From the NCBI GenBank assembly GCA_018398765.1, contig JAHBMJ010000532.1:1-64000 (forward strand): a stretch of 64,000 nt of DNA, in the 5' to 3' direction. The first letter of the stretch is position 1. Each line of letters starts with the position of its first letter. Source of the DNA: Chromera velia. Taxonomy: Eukaryota. The translations under genes and the position numbers were made by a program. This document shows positions 12,134 through 23,510 of this stretch, one piece after another. Under the pieces are notes generated by a model. The model made no database searches. It saw nothing but the letters and a program-made list of their open reading frames with translations, and was not told the origin of the DNA.

Positions 12134-13928
12134 AACACACACACATACATATACACACACACAGACTCATACTCACACACGGAGTTGAAATGTTTGAGAT
12201 GAGAAAGGACGTCAAAAGAAGTGTTTGTGTTTTGACTTACAGAGACTAACACTGCCCATACCATGAAGTTGCCCACAGTCTGTCTACACACGCACGCGCA
12301 CGCAGACACACAAAGACACATGCACATGCGCACGCTCCCCACCTCGTGTTTCTTCTCCGTTTCTTCTGCCTCTCCGTCTCTGTTTCGTTGCGTACGGCGT
12401 CTCCGTCTCTGTCGCACGGTCCGAAATGCATGAAGAAAATTGATGCATCGTACGTAGTTGACTTGGACCCTTTCGACCGCCTCAGCCCTCGAAAGCCAGC
12501 GAATGTTAAACAGTTGCAGTGGAAGGCACCGGTCAAAGCGAAGCTGAGACTGTTTTTCCCCCTCTAGGTCTATCCCTTCCACCTACAAACAAAGAAATTT
12601 CAGACAGAGGGGGCGAGGAGAGTACATGAAAAAAAATGATATACGAAGGCATATAGTAGATGAAGCAGCATTGAGGGCCATTTTAAGGCTTTAGCAGATA
12701 CGAAGAAAGATAAAAGCAGCGGCAAGCAAGGGGAAAATTCAGTAGAGCACCTGACCGACGCACCTCAAGGTACATGCGAATATTGTCGTCTGAAGATTTT
12801 GCGAGGACATGAAGGGCCTTGATGGTGGTGTCTGCCTTCTTAGCATTTTTGTCATCTTTTTCTACTGAGGAGACGGACAGAGTGCAGCGGTATGGAGCAT
12901 AATGACTGCTGACTACTTTGCCTACCATCTGCTTAAACTTTTTGTCAACTCCGTTCAACCTGCTCCTCATCACAGCGGCACTATCAGATCCAAACGCCCC
13001 ACACTTCTTTTCGTCTACCCCTCCCCGTGCCAAAGAAGCCCGCAGGGAACGGTTTATTGCGGAAGCATTTTTTCTGTTCACCCCTGCGAGCTCCCACTTG
13101 ACGGTCACTAGCCGTCTCCCATCAATAAACCGAACCATGCTGGACAAATGGGGCTCTTTCGTCCAATCAGTCCCCTCATTAATGCCAACACCAAAAACAG
13201 GGCTCTTTCTTACTTTCTCTGCCCTGTGCTCAAACAAAGCGTCGGAAAGACATTTCACCATCTCCCCGCCCGCCTCGTCTTTATTCACATACTTGCCCGG
13301 CACGGGCTTTGCTCCCATCTCTTCTACAAAATGAACGGCAGGGGGGATTTCTCTACCAATCTTCCCATCTGACGACAGTCTCCACACCGCTTCAAGCAGG
13401 CGAACCAGTTCAACCGTCTCGCCGCTTACGCAGTCTGTGAACAGATTCAAAGCATCTGCTGCTGCTGAACCCCCTTTCTTTGCTTTCTCTACTGCGACTG
13501 CGGCCCGGTGTAATTTTGATTGTCAGTGCCCCTTCAAATTCTCCTTCCCCCAATTCTTTGCCCCTTCTCCATTCGACCATACCCGCTTTTTCTTGTCTTC
13601 CAATAATTTTTCTGCACACTGGAACTGTTTATAGAGTGTGCAGTGGGCACCGTAGCCGCGCCCATCCTTTGTCGGTCTCAACATAGCCCAGTCGTTTGGT
13701 GCGCTGTTGTCAAGTTCCTTCGCTTTCTTCCTAGAAGCCACGGAGGACTGCTTCTGTTTCTGTTCGGGGGCTTCGGACTCCACATCGATAATGTCGGTAT
13801 CCTAATCATGACAAGGACTTAATTGCATTCTCCTTTCCAAGAATTGGTGCCTCACCTACCTCCGTTTTCTGTCTCTTTGCGGGAGGCTTGCCTGTAAATC
13901 CGAAGGCTTGCAACCTACTCTGCTGTAT
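8820..13928 (-). pseudogene. Multi-exon hAT transposase pseudogene (TTF-type Zn finger, ZNF862/DUF4371-like core, dimerisation domain) with a C-terminal OTU-like extension
   Basis: NLS-like PPAKRQK; Zn-finger remnant HCTLY...NWGK...GH*QSKLH; GINEGTD...MVRF; GSDSAAVM...NGV; HYAPYR (CxxH position); IRWLSR; PQNADAERFF...MKT; then GDGTC...HYD. Approximate exons 13928-13860, 13801-12764, 12582-12343, 12076-~11240, ~11078-10682, 10500-8820. Confidence 0.85.
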
Positions 13929-13948
13929 TGCAGTTAGCTGGGCAAGCA

Positions 13949-14070
13949 GCAAGCGGGAAGGCCAAGTGCGGAATTATCAATCAATGTAGTCAGCAAGCGG
14001 GAAGGCCGAGTGTGGAATTATCAATCAGTGCAGTCAGTAAGCGGGAAGGCCAAGTGCGGAATCAATCAGT
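13949..14070. repeat. 44-bp tandem repeat (about 3 copies) upstream of the transposase
   Basis: G(C/T)AAGCGGGAAGGCC(A/G)AGTG(C/T)GGAAT at 13949, 13993 and 14037. Confidence 0.85.
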
Positions 14071-14368
14071 GAGTTAATCAATGGATGTACAGTGATGTAC
14101 AGTGATGTGTATCTCCAGTGACAAGAGTAAGAAAAGACGAAAGTTGAAAGCAACCATCAACTTAATGTATATCTACTGGTACCCTATCAAATTGAGACAA
14201 ATGGGACAAAAAAATGGTTAAAAATTAACCATTTATGTCTTAATTTTCATTTTTGATACACTTCAGTTTTATGAAAAATATTTATTATACAAGTCTCAAA
14301 ACTAGTGCACCTAACTCAATTTTAATAGTTTCATGTTATCACTAACTTTGAAGCTCTTAGAGAAAACA

Positions 14369-14605
14369 TGTAGAATAAGTAATGAACTGAGGGCATAAGA
14401 TTCTATACAGAAAGTCTGTCACATAGGAGAGATAAGAAACAATCTCCCCTCAACGGTTTTCAACCATCGGAGCAGGCCAATCGGTGAGAGATTGGCATGC
14501 TTTCACAGAATTCGTCATCTATGCATTCATATGCATCGCGGCCCGTAAAAGCGCCGGACCCAGGCCGAGCAGACGCGCACCGGCCGCGGAATAATCGATC
14601 TGACA
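14369..14605. mobile_element. Solo LTR (237 bp) inserted in the left TIR of the nested element
   Basis: TG...CA termini and a 5-bp TSD AAACA/AAAGA. The uninterrupted right TIR has a single AAAGA at the homologous site. Confidence 0.75.
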
Positions 14606-15003
14606 AAAGATTTTTTATACTTTTTACCATTTATCATTTTTGGTAATAAAAAAAAAAAAGAATTAGTACATAATTTTTTCTCATACAAAAAAAATGGTGA
14701 ATCTATTTTTTTTTTGTATGAACTGGTAATCATTTTTTTTTTATGGGTTTAGTTGTTCTTTGGGCTTCTAGTGAGTGGACAAATATAGAAATAAAAAAAA
14801 AAGATACGTGTTACTAGAAAAAAATAATATATCAAACATATTTTTTGAGAAATTATAAGTATATATATAAGTAATAATTGAAATAAATATACTTTGATTT
14901 ATACGTATTGTATGACATTATCAAGCAATCAATCAACAGTGTCATATTGTACCTTTGAAGTATTCTTCTGCGGCCTTTTTGCGATTGTACAACCAACTGA
15001 CAA

Positions 15004-15411
15004 CTAAGTCTTCAAAAATCCAACGGGCGTAATTCCTTCTCCCCCCCTGAAGAGAGAGACAGAGATTGACCTTCCTGTGGTAAGATTCAAATCTATAACA
15101 CAGTAAGCAAAGTGACCGTAGAAGTGCGTTTTGGGAACTGCGTGCTGGTATGCACGAACGAAGAAGCGCTGCCAGAGCAGAGTGAGCACATGAAGATTCA
15201 CCTTCTCTTCTTCTATCAAAGGACTTAAAGCTATCTGAGAGATGGTTGAATGAAGTACATAACTGATTACAGGAAAGAGTTTCTCAGGAGGAAGAGTGAA
15301 AAAGATTGATGACTTCTCTTCAAATAGAAAATCAACGATGCACGGCATCACGTGGCGGTGATCAGCACACCCCAGCCTCACATCATTTCCCTTCTTCGGG
15401 ACTGCTCGCAC
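15004..15411 (-). CDS. Hypothetical ORF or exon in the nested TIR element
   Basis: 135-codon open frame with protein-like composition; no recognised motif. Confidence 0.3.
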   Translation of the reverse strand: MRAVPKKGNDVRLGCADHRHVMPCIVDFLFEEKSSIFFTLPPEKLFPVISYVLHSTISQIALSPLIEEEKVNLHVLTLLWQRFFVRAYQHAVPKTHFYGHFAYCVIDLNLTTGRSISVSLFRGGEGITPVGFLKT

Positions 15412-15544
15412 CTACTGGGTAGGAGGAAGGGAAGACCCTACCCACGTACTCTGCTTTCCCAAAAAAGCATGCATTCAATTCCTTCAATTTGAAAGAGAAA
15501 AGCTTGTTCTCATCAATACAGAAGAAAAAGAAGTATCCAAAAGA

Positions 15545-16032
15545 GGAGGGAGGGGGAGAAGAGGAATGAGAGCAGAGGGAATGAAGTTAACGTTTCCTTG
15601 CATGCATCTTTCTGTACAAAATCTGATGTCTTCTTGCATTTTGATTGCAATGCACTCGTTCTTTTGTGAAGCCCCTCTTTCCTGCCCTTCTCTTTGTTTG
15701 TTTCGGCTTCTACACTCGACGTTCTTTTGTTAAGTCTCTCTTCTCTTTAAAGAGGCTTCTACTAATTCAAGAAGAGGAGGAGGAAGACGAGGAAGAGGAG
15801 GGAGGGGGAGAAAGGGGAATAAGAGCAGGGGGAATGAAGTTAACATTTCCTTGCATATATCCTTCTATACAAAATCTGATGCCTTCTTGCATCTTGGTTG
15901 CAATCTAGGTTGTAATGCACTCGTTCTTTTGTGAAGCCCCTCTTTTCTGCCCTTCTCTTTGTTTGTTTCGGTTTCTACACTCGTTCTTTTGTTAAGTCTC
16001 TCTTCTTTTTAAAGAGGCTTCTACTAATTCAA
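15545..16032. repeat. Direct duplication of about 250 bp
   Basis: GAGGAGGGAGGGGGAGAA...GAGGCTTCTACTAATTCAA occurs twice. Confidence 0.85.
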
Positions 16033-16762
16033 AGTGGCCGAAAGCGCTTGGCACTTCTAGAACGCTTCAAACTCTTCTAGTTTAGATACAACAAAATTGA
16101 GACCTAAATGGTACGAAATGGTACTAAATGATATGAAAAATCATACTTTTTAACTAAAAAAAATATGTACCAATTCTTTTTTTTTCGACTACCAAAAATG
16201 GTAAATGGTAGAAAGTATGAAAAATCTTTTCTCTAAGAGCTTCAAAATTAGTGATAACATTAAACTATTAAAATTAAGTCAGGCGCACTAGTTTTGAGAC
16301 TTGTATGATAAATATTTTTCATGAAACTGAGATGTACCAAAAATTAAAATTGAGACCTAAATAGTTGATTTTTAACCATTTTTTTGTTCCATTTGTCTCA
16401 ATTTAATAGGGTATCTATCGCTGATCGCGACTGCCGAACAAAAAGTTGCTGCCGGTCTGCATGACCCAGTCAAACCTTTGATGCGCGGCATGCACGTATA
16501 GATTGCGAGGTCGTGTCGGCGCATCCCTCGCGCAAACCTGGTTGGGCACGTGCACCGTGGTTCGTGATGACAAGGTCTAAGACAAGCAACCTTCGCCCCA
16601 GGCAACTCTCAACAACTGCCTGGGGCTTCGCCCCAGGCAGCTCTATATAAACTTGGGCAAAAGTTTAACCACCTGGAGTCGCCCCAGGCGGCCCTGGCGG
16701 GCCGCCTGCGGCGTGCCTGGGGTACCTCAGGCGCTCCAGGCAGGTTTAGACAGCATGATCTG

Positions 16763-18247
16763 ATGAATCCTTCTACTTCTTCCAATCTGAAGTTCATTTC
16801 TGACGAGCTGCCACAAAGGCAGCAAGTCAACTCGTCTGAAGATTATCTTGAGTTGCTTCAACTGTGGGCCAAGGAGTATGCCAGCTATGCTGGACTCCGA
16901 AAGCTCAAAGGAGCGATCGAGGTTTCTTCGTTCCTCGTGGATAAGGCCCTCCAGAGACAGACTGTGTCTCTGGCTTCTAATCCTCAACATGTCCTTCTAG
17001 TTAGGCAGGCTGGCGAGGAACTTGCAAACTTTAAAGACCGTGTTTGCGACTGGACAGAGAAGTTTTTGCAGACCCTCTCTGGCGACAATACGCAGCTTTC
17101 TCCGGACCTCCAGAAAGAGACAGCGTGGGCAACCTTCAAGTCCTTCGTCACCTTCATCACCGAGATCATAGTATTACTTGTTGGAGTCGCGCTCTCTCTG
17201 TCCTTCAAGGAGAAGTACTTTGCCTACAAGGGGTTGCTTGCGGATTTGAAGAGCCGGTCCCTGGAGCCCGCCGATTTCGTTGTGCGGGTCAAGTTTTGGT
17301 CTCTCCTCCCTGAAGAGATCAAAGCCCTTGCCCGCACCAAGCCGAAGAAGCAGGTTCGAGGTACCGGCGATCCACTTTCCGTCAAGCACAGCTGGAAGTA
17401 TATGCAAGAGGTCATCGAGGAGGCCATGGCGACCCTGAACTAGAAGCATACCCGCTTTGAGTGGGTTGCATCCGTTTTGTCTGGAGTTCTCCGTCTTTGC
17501 AGCTTCAGCAACACCAGTGTGAAGAAGAGGGAGATTGAGGTTTCTAAGTACTATAAGGATGGGGCACATGACAGCACCAGCGGGTCCTCCGGCGCCAGTC
17601 TTGAGCAGTCGATTGTTGTGACTGACCTTTCTAGAGACATTCAGTCAATGGATCCTGAGAGGGTCCAAATGCTCACCGACTTCTCTCGGAAGTGGAGTGA
17701 GAAGATAAAAGGTTCAGGCAGCGGGAACGTTGGAAGAAGCAACAACTGGAAGAATCGACAGTAGAGGCAGCAGCAGTCCTACCAAGGGTAGCAGCAGTCT
17801 GATGATAAACAGCAAAGCTAGTCTTCCCAGTTTTCAGGCCAGAAGGGGGGACAGTCTCTCTCTAAGGCTGATATCGACAGTATCGCTTCCATGATGTTAA
17901 AGATGGAAGAAGACAAGAAAGAAGGGGATAGCAGCAGAGAGACAGCAAAGATGACCCGGAAGAAAGTGAGAATGGCAGTCACATCCTGTGAAGCAGAAAC
18001 CAATGAGGCCATTCGCTATGGCGGCGGCTTTGTTGATATGGTGTTCGAGCAGCCTCCTGCCTGGATCCAGAGTTTGCCAATCGTAGAATACTCTGACGCA
18101 GAGCTGGAGGAAGATGCTCCAGCTGTCGAGGGTAGGACAGACACTGAGGAGACAGAGGGGGGGCAGCAAGGGGAGCGTCGGATTTTCGATATGTCAAATC
18201 CTGCCGATCAGGAAGCATGGATGGCTTGCTTTGCAAACTGCATGTGA
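16763..18247 (+). pseudogene. Gag-like ORF of a non-autonomous LTR element, probably 5'-truncated at the hAT end
   Basis: One continuous frame broken by TAG at 17441, 17762, 17789 and 17819. KFWSLLPEEIKALA resembles a retrotransposon gag segment. A PPT and LTR-like segment follow; no pol. Confidence 0.55.
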
Positions 18248-18640
18248 ATTTCTTCTCTTTCCTTTGCATGTGCCTTGTTTCTCAGGAAAGGATCCGAAAG
18301 GATCAAAATTTGAACACGCATTGATCCAATGACATTGGAATGAAAGATGACTGGTTGCTTTTGTGCATACAGTGTGTGTGACTGTAATTCCACCTTTGAA
18401 GATGATTGGTTGCTTGCATCCACCTTTAAAGATGATCGATCTATTGTACACAGAAAGTCATACTGTGTAATTCCGCTCTTTCTCCATGATTGCTTTCATT
18501 TGATTCCTGTTGAGAACTTAAGGCAAGAACGGGGGGGTTGAAGCCTTTGAAGTGCAGTTAGTTAGAGCAAGCGGCTGTTTCTTCCCTTTGTTTTTCTCTC
18601 TTGTGTTTCGATCTCGTTCTCTTTGCACAGAAACGCAATC

Positions 18641-18960
18641 GAGGGGGGGAGTTGAACTATAGGATCCCAGCCTGTTGTGGGCCGTGAGTCGTATGTCTGG
18701 ACGCACCGGGCCGAGCGTCCAAGGCCAGCCGCGGGGTAATCGCTTCCATGCGAATTCGATTGATCGCCGCACGCATTCGCGTGCATACCATTTTCCGAGT
18801 GCATGCCGGGTCTTGTTGAGATCGGATCTTGCCAAATTGATTCGTGAGTTGATCTAGGGACCTGTCCTTTTGAACACAGACTTTCTATCAAGAGCTCTGA
18901 CAGGATGACCTACCTCTAGCGGGCAGTGTGCATATTCATTTTCCCTTAGGTCTCTAGTCA
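18641..18960 (+). repeat. Polypurine tract plus putative 3' LTR (18653-18960)
   Basis: GAGGGGGGGAG, then TGAACTATAG...CTCTAGTCA (TG...CA with partial terminal complementarity). Confidence 0.5.
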
Positions 18961-19441
18961 AAAATACTTAGTGAAGTATAGAAAGAAAAAAGAAAGCTGT
19001 TTTAGGTTTTTTATGTAAACTATATATGATAGAATTACTTTTTTTTATAATAATACTTAGTACTAAGCAACAATGCAATACGGTGTCAATACATAAATTC
19101 TCCTGAGGATTATACCTAGGATTATACTCATTTTTTTTTATTTTAAAAAATCTTATAATCTTAACCTGAAACTTGGCTTAAACGATGTAAAACGATGCTT
19201 AAACGCGTGTATGTGTAAAGTGACTACTACACTGACTAGCTGAAAATTAATTATATCAATTAAACCATACACACTGTGTTTATTAAATAGTGTTAAATAC
19301 ACAGTGCATAACAGACTTGCCAGTGGGATCTAGCTTACAATATTTGAGTTGTTGTACGAAAAAAACGGTCGTTCATGCATCATTTGCTGTTAAAATTCCT
19401 GGTTGCTTGCATTAACGTTTCCATGCACGCCGAAACAACAG

Positions 19442-19664
19442 TCAGCCATCTTTGTCTGAATCGTACGAGTCGTCTGTTTCTCTGTATTCTAGCCCCTCTG
19501 CAATCGGATAGTCTCGAACCGGCGAGTATCCGTTCCCGTAGAAGAGGAACACTTCCTCGTCAGGCAGGATGTCTGTCTCTGCAACTGCCTGTGGAGGTTC
19601 GCCCTTCCTCATCCTCCACATCGCATTGGCAAAGCGACCGGGGGGGGGTCTGTACGCGCGCACG

Positions 19665-19696
<32 letters not shown>

Positions 19697-19864
19697 TACA
19701 CACACACGCACACGCACACGCACACACACGCACACGCACGCACACGCACACGCACGCACACGCACGCACACGCACACACACGCACACACGCACACACGCA
19801 CACACGCACACACGCACACACGCACACACGCGCACACACACACACACACACACACACTCACTCA

Positions 19865-19909
<45 letters not shown>

Positions 19910-19989
19910 GCACATCCATCCATCCATACATCCATACATGCTTCCATACATACGTACAAACATACGCACAACACACACACACACACACG

Positions 19990-20080
<91 letters not shown>

Positions 20081-20948
20081 GCACATCCATCCATCCATCC
20101 ATCCATCCATCCATCCATCCATCTATCCATCCATCCATCCATCCATTATTCCAGCTTACCTGCTAGTTGCTTCCGTTCATTTGCTTTCTCACTTCTTCAC
20201 CCGAGAAGTCTCTAAATTGTCTGCTGACTTGCTCACTGAGTTGCTTACTGAAGCAAACATACACGCACGCACCTATTTACTCTCTTTGCCCCACTCTTTC
20301 AGTCAATCGCGCACCCTTGCTCCTTGCCTCTCTCAATCGATGTGTCACTCACTCGCACATCCTCAAAACATTTCCCTCCCCCTCTCTGACTGACTCATTG
20401 ATTCGAAATGCGACGGCGTTTTGGAACTCGGGCATGACCTCAGGAGAGTCCAGGGTCGGGTCCACTGTCAGAGTCCCCCCAGACCCCCCGATAGACGCGT
20501 TGTAGTGCTCGTTCGACCCCTCATCCATGTGCCGTATGTAACCGTGGAAAGTGCCAATCAGGGTGCCGGCGGGAATATGCTCTTGTGCTATCAGACACAT
20601 GCCCCCACTATAGGCCGAGTCTTCCACTTTGAAGGACGGATTGCGGGGGCACACCCTCTCCTTGAGGTCTTCAAAGCTCTCGTCCACAATGAGGATACAC
20701 TTCTGTATGTTCTCATCAGACACGGCCTTTATATCGACCTCGATGTCCCCCATGTTGAAGAACCAGAACTCATCGGAAGGGTCCGGGAATCCCGAGACCT
20801 TCACCTGGAAGGCAGACAACTTTTCCAGCGGGTCTTTTGCCCATTCCTCAATATCCTTCTTTGTGAGACTACTCGTGTTCCGATACTGCACAAGCCTGCA
20901 GCAGGCTGTATCCACGAGAGCAAGACGGTCGTACAAGGTCTCATCCAT
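19442..20948 (-). CDS. SET-domain protein (putative lysine methyltransferase), at least 2 exons (20948-20395, 19649-19442)
   Basis: Spliced product has [21 protein letters not shown]...[15 protein letters not shown]...[19 protein letters not shown], matching the SET motif order. The GT-AG intron is phase-compatible. The true start may lie upstream. Confidence 0.75.
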
Positions 20949-21667
20949 CGAGGAGAGGAGGGGCAGGCGGGGGAGAAGCTAATGAGAAGATGCATGGATC
21001 GATTTCTGACCCATCATGTGCGGTGATGAGCCCTCCCTCCCGACCTGCCCTGCTCTGAAAATGTTTCGGGGATCCTCAGAGAGCCTGCAGGGTCAAGCGT
21101 GTGAAGGTAGAAGGCGGCAGAGGGTGCGGTGGGGCTTTGGGCCTGAGCCCGACTAAACTGATGACCCGTGTGAACCCCTCGCGAGTTACTTCGAAAAGAG
21201 GTCCAATGAGACTGGAAGCTTCTGCCTCGCTGTGCTCGATCTGCAACAACCTTCGTCCTCGTTCTGCTGTCCTCTCCTCTGCTTAAATTGTCCCATCCTG
21301 GGAAGGAAGCCTGAGCTAGACAGCAAGCATCGCGCCGAGACGGCTAAAGCTGCATGGTATCTTTTGAGACGCGCGCGGAGACGGCAAAGCTGGTGGGAGA
21401 CGTCGTACGTAGACGGAGAATTAAGGATCCCATTAAAGCTTGACAACGCTTGACACTGTCGTGGCAGTGACAGTACTGCACATTGCTGTACCTGTGTTGC
21501 ATATATATATACTGCGCCTTTAAGGACAGCGGTCGGATCCAACCTCATTGCATTCATCTTCGGCTGGTTACGCGTACCTTCTCGTCTGTTTGTTTTGAAG
21601 CAGTGACTTTGAGTCACTTGGACACTTGCACGCCTGAATGTTCCAAGCTGCTGCCCTGTCAGTCTGA

Positions 21668-22246
21668 ATGTCGGCCCCTCCCCCCCCTGAACTTTTGGGG
21701 GCTGTCTACGGAGTTTTCGGTCTTGTGCTTTCTTTTGCCATCACCCATGCCCTTCCCGTCTCGGCTGGTGGCCGCACACTCGGACACATAGCCGTCCAAG
21801 CACATGAGTGGGCTCCTTTCGGTCTGGTGTGTGCCCTGTTTGTGATGTACTACGAACTTTACGATGTCATGGGGGCAGGAGTCGCGCAGCTGCGAGCGAT
21901 CGACGAAAAGAAATTGGGGGACAAAAAGTTTCCGGTCCACAACACCTGTCCAGAGAAGCTGCCATCGTATGTACTGCACGCCCAACGCGCACAGGTGAAC
22001 CAGGTGGAACAGGCCCCCCTCACGTTTCTGCTTGGCGGTCTTGCCACGTTGATGGCATCGTCTGCTGTGGCTGCGGTGCTTGTGGCGGTATGGGCGGTCG
22101 TCCGAGCCATGTACTCGATGGCCTACAGGAAAGGATCAACGTCGCTCGGGTCTTACACGGTGCCGGCGTACATGGTCAATGGGGCTCTGGCGGGCTTGGT
22201 GACAGTACACAGCGTTCGGTTGCTCTTAAGTGGGCCTCCTGGGTGA
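21668..22246 (+). CDS. MAPEG-family membrane protein (microsomal GST-like)
   Basis: 192-aa ORF with hydrophobic helices, QRAQVNQVEQAP (RAxxNxxE motif) and WAVVRAMYSMAY. Confidence 0.85.
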   Translation: MSAPPPPELLGAVYGVFGLVLSFAITHALPVSAGGRTLGHIAVQAHEWAPFGLVCALFVMYYELYDVMGAGVAQLRAIDEKKLGDKKFPVHNTCPEKLPSYVLHAQRAQVNQVEQAPLTFLLGGLATLMASSAVAAVLVAVWAVVRAMYSMAYRKGSTSLGSYTVPAYMVNGALAGLVTVHSVRLLLSGPPG

Positions 22247-22479
22247 GCTCGGGAGGGACGTGGGTGGAGGGGACGAGGTCCACTTCTTTCTGAAATGAAA
22301 GGCCTCCCCGGGCGTACGGCAGAATTCATTCGATGTGGATTGTGTCGGAGTGGACAACAGGAAACTCGTCTCAGGACGACTTTATGTGACCTAGCTGTTC
22401 AGAAAGACTCCTCCATCCCTCAATGGCATGCACTCCTTCTTCTCTTCATTGCTGGGTGCCTTGCTTCCGTTCTTCCTTC

Positions 22480-22667
22480 CAACCTTCCAGCCTTCCTCCC
22501 AGGGCCTTCCAGCCTTCCGTCCTCACTTCCCTCCTTCCTTCCTTCTGCCCGTCTTTCTCGCTCCTTTGTTTTTTTTTTCTTTCTTGTTTCTTTCTCTCTT
22601 TTTGTCTTTTTGTCTTTCTTTCTTTCTTTCTTTCTTTTTTTTTTTCTTCTTTCTTTCTTTCTTTCTT

Positions 22668-22733
<66 letters not shown>

Positions 22734-22738
22734 TTTTT

Positions 22739-22782
<44 letters not shown>

Positions 22783-22783
22783 T

Positions 22784-22846
<63 letters not shown>

Positions 22847-22947
22847 TTTTTTCTTTCTTTCTTTCTCTTTCTTTCTTTCTTTTTTTTTCTTTCTTTTTCT
22901 TTCTTTTTCTTTCTTTTTCTTTCTTTCTCTTTCTTTCTTTCTTTCTT

Positions 22948-23017
<70 letters not shown>

Positions 23018-23041
23018 TCATACTTTCTTTCTTTCTTCCTT

Positions 23042-23129
<88 letters not shown>

Positions 23130-23258
23130 CTCTTTCTCTCTTTCTTTCTTTCTTTCTTTCTTTCTTTTCTTTCTTTCTTTCGTTCTTTCTTTCTTTCTTT
23201 CTTTCATACTTCCTTTCTTTCTTTCTTTCTTCCTTTCTTTCTTTCTTTCTTTCTTTCT

Positions 23259-23315
<57 letters not shown>

Positions 23316-23510
23316 CCTTCCTTCCTTCCTTCCTTCCTTCCTTCCACCCTTCCTTCATTTCTTTCTTCCCTCCCCTCCTTCCTTCCTTCCTCCCTTCCTT
23401 TCTTTGTTCCTTTCTTTCTTCAAGTTTCTTCCTTCCTCCCTCCCTCTTCCCTCCTTCCTTCGTTCCTTCCTTCCTTTCTTAATTCCTTTCGTCCTTCCTC
23501 TTTCTCTCTC
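22480..23510. repeat. Polypyrimidine (CTTT/CT/CCTT)n tract of about 1 kb
   Basis: Directly visible. Confidence 0.95.

Larger units (their letters stand above)
14182..16411. mobile_element. Nested long-TIR DNA element with TA target duplication (Tc1/mariner-like, non-autonomous)
   Basis: TA|CCCTAT...ATAGGG|TA. 14182-14368 plus 14606-14690 is the imperfect reverse complement of ~16150-16411. Confidence 0.8.
8434..16757 (-). mobile_element. hAT-superfamily DNA transposon (8.3 kb including nested insertions)
   Basis: Perfect 14-bp TIR CATGCTGTCTAAAC (8434-8447) / GTTTAGACAGCATG (16744-16757). CCCCAGGC/GCCTGGGG subterminal repeats cluster at both ends. Contains a hAT transposase. The 8-bp flanks do not match. 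Confidence 0.85.

Noticed and set aside
13949..14070. CRISPR-like array (also considered for 2800-4050 and 52760-53045)
   Set aside because: Whole units are repeated with no unique spacers, and no cas genes are present.
19375..20393. HT- and CV-repeat ORFs (also at 34282-35119 and 38431-38979)
   Set aside because: (CA)n microsatellites; the one near 19.7-20.1 kb lies in the SET gene intron.
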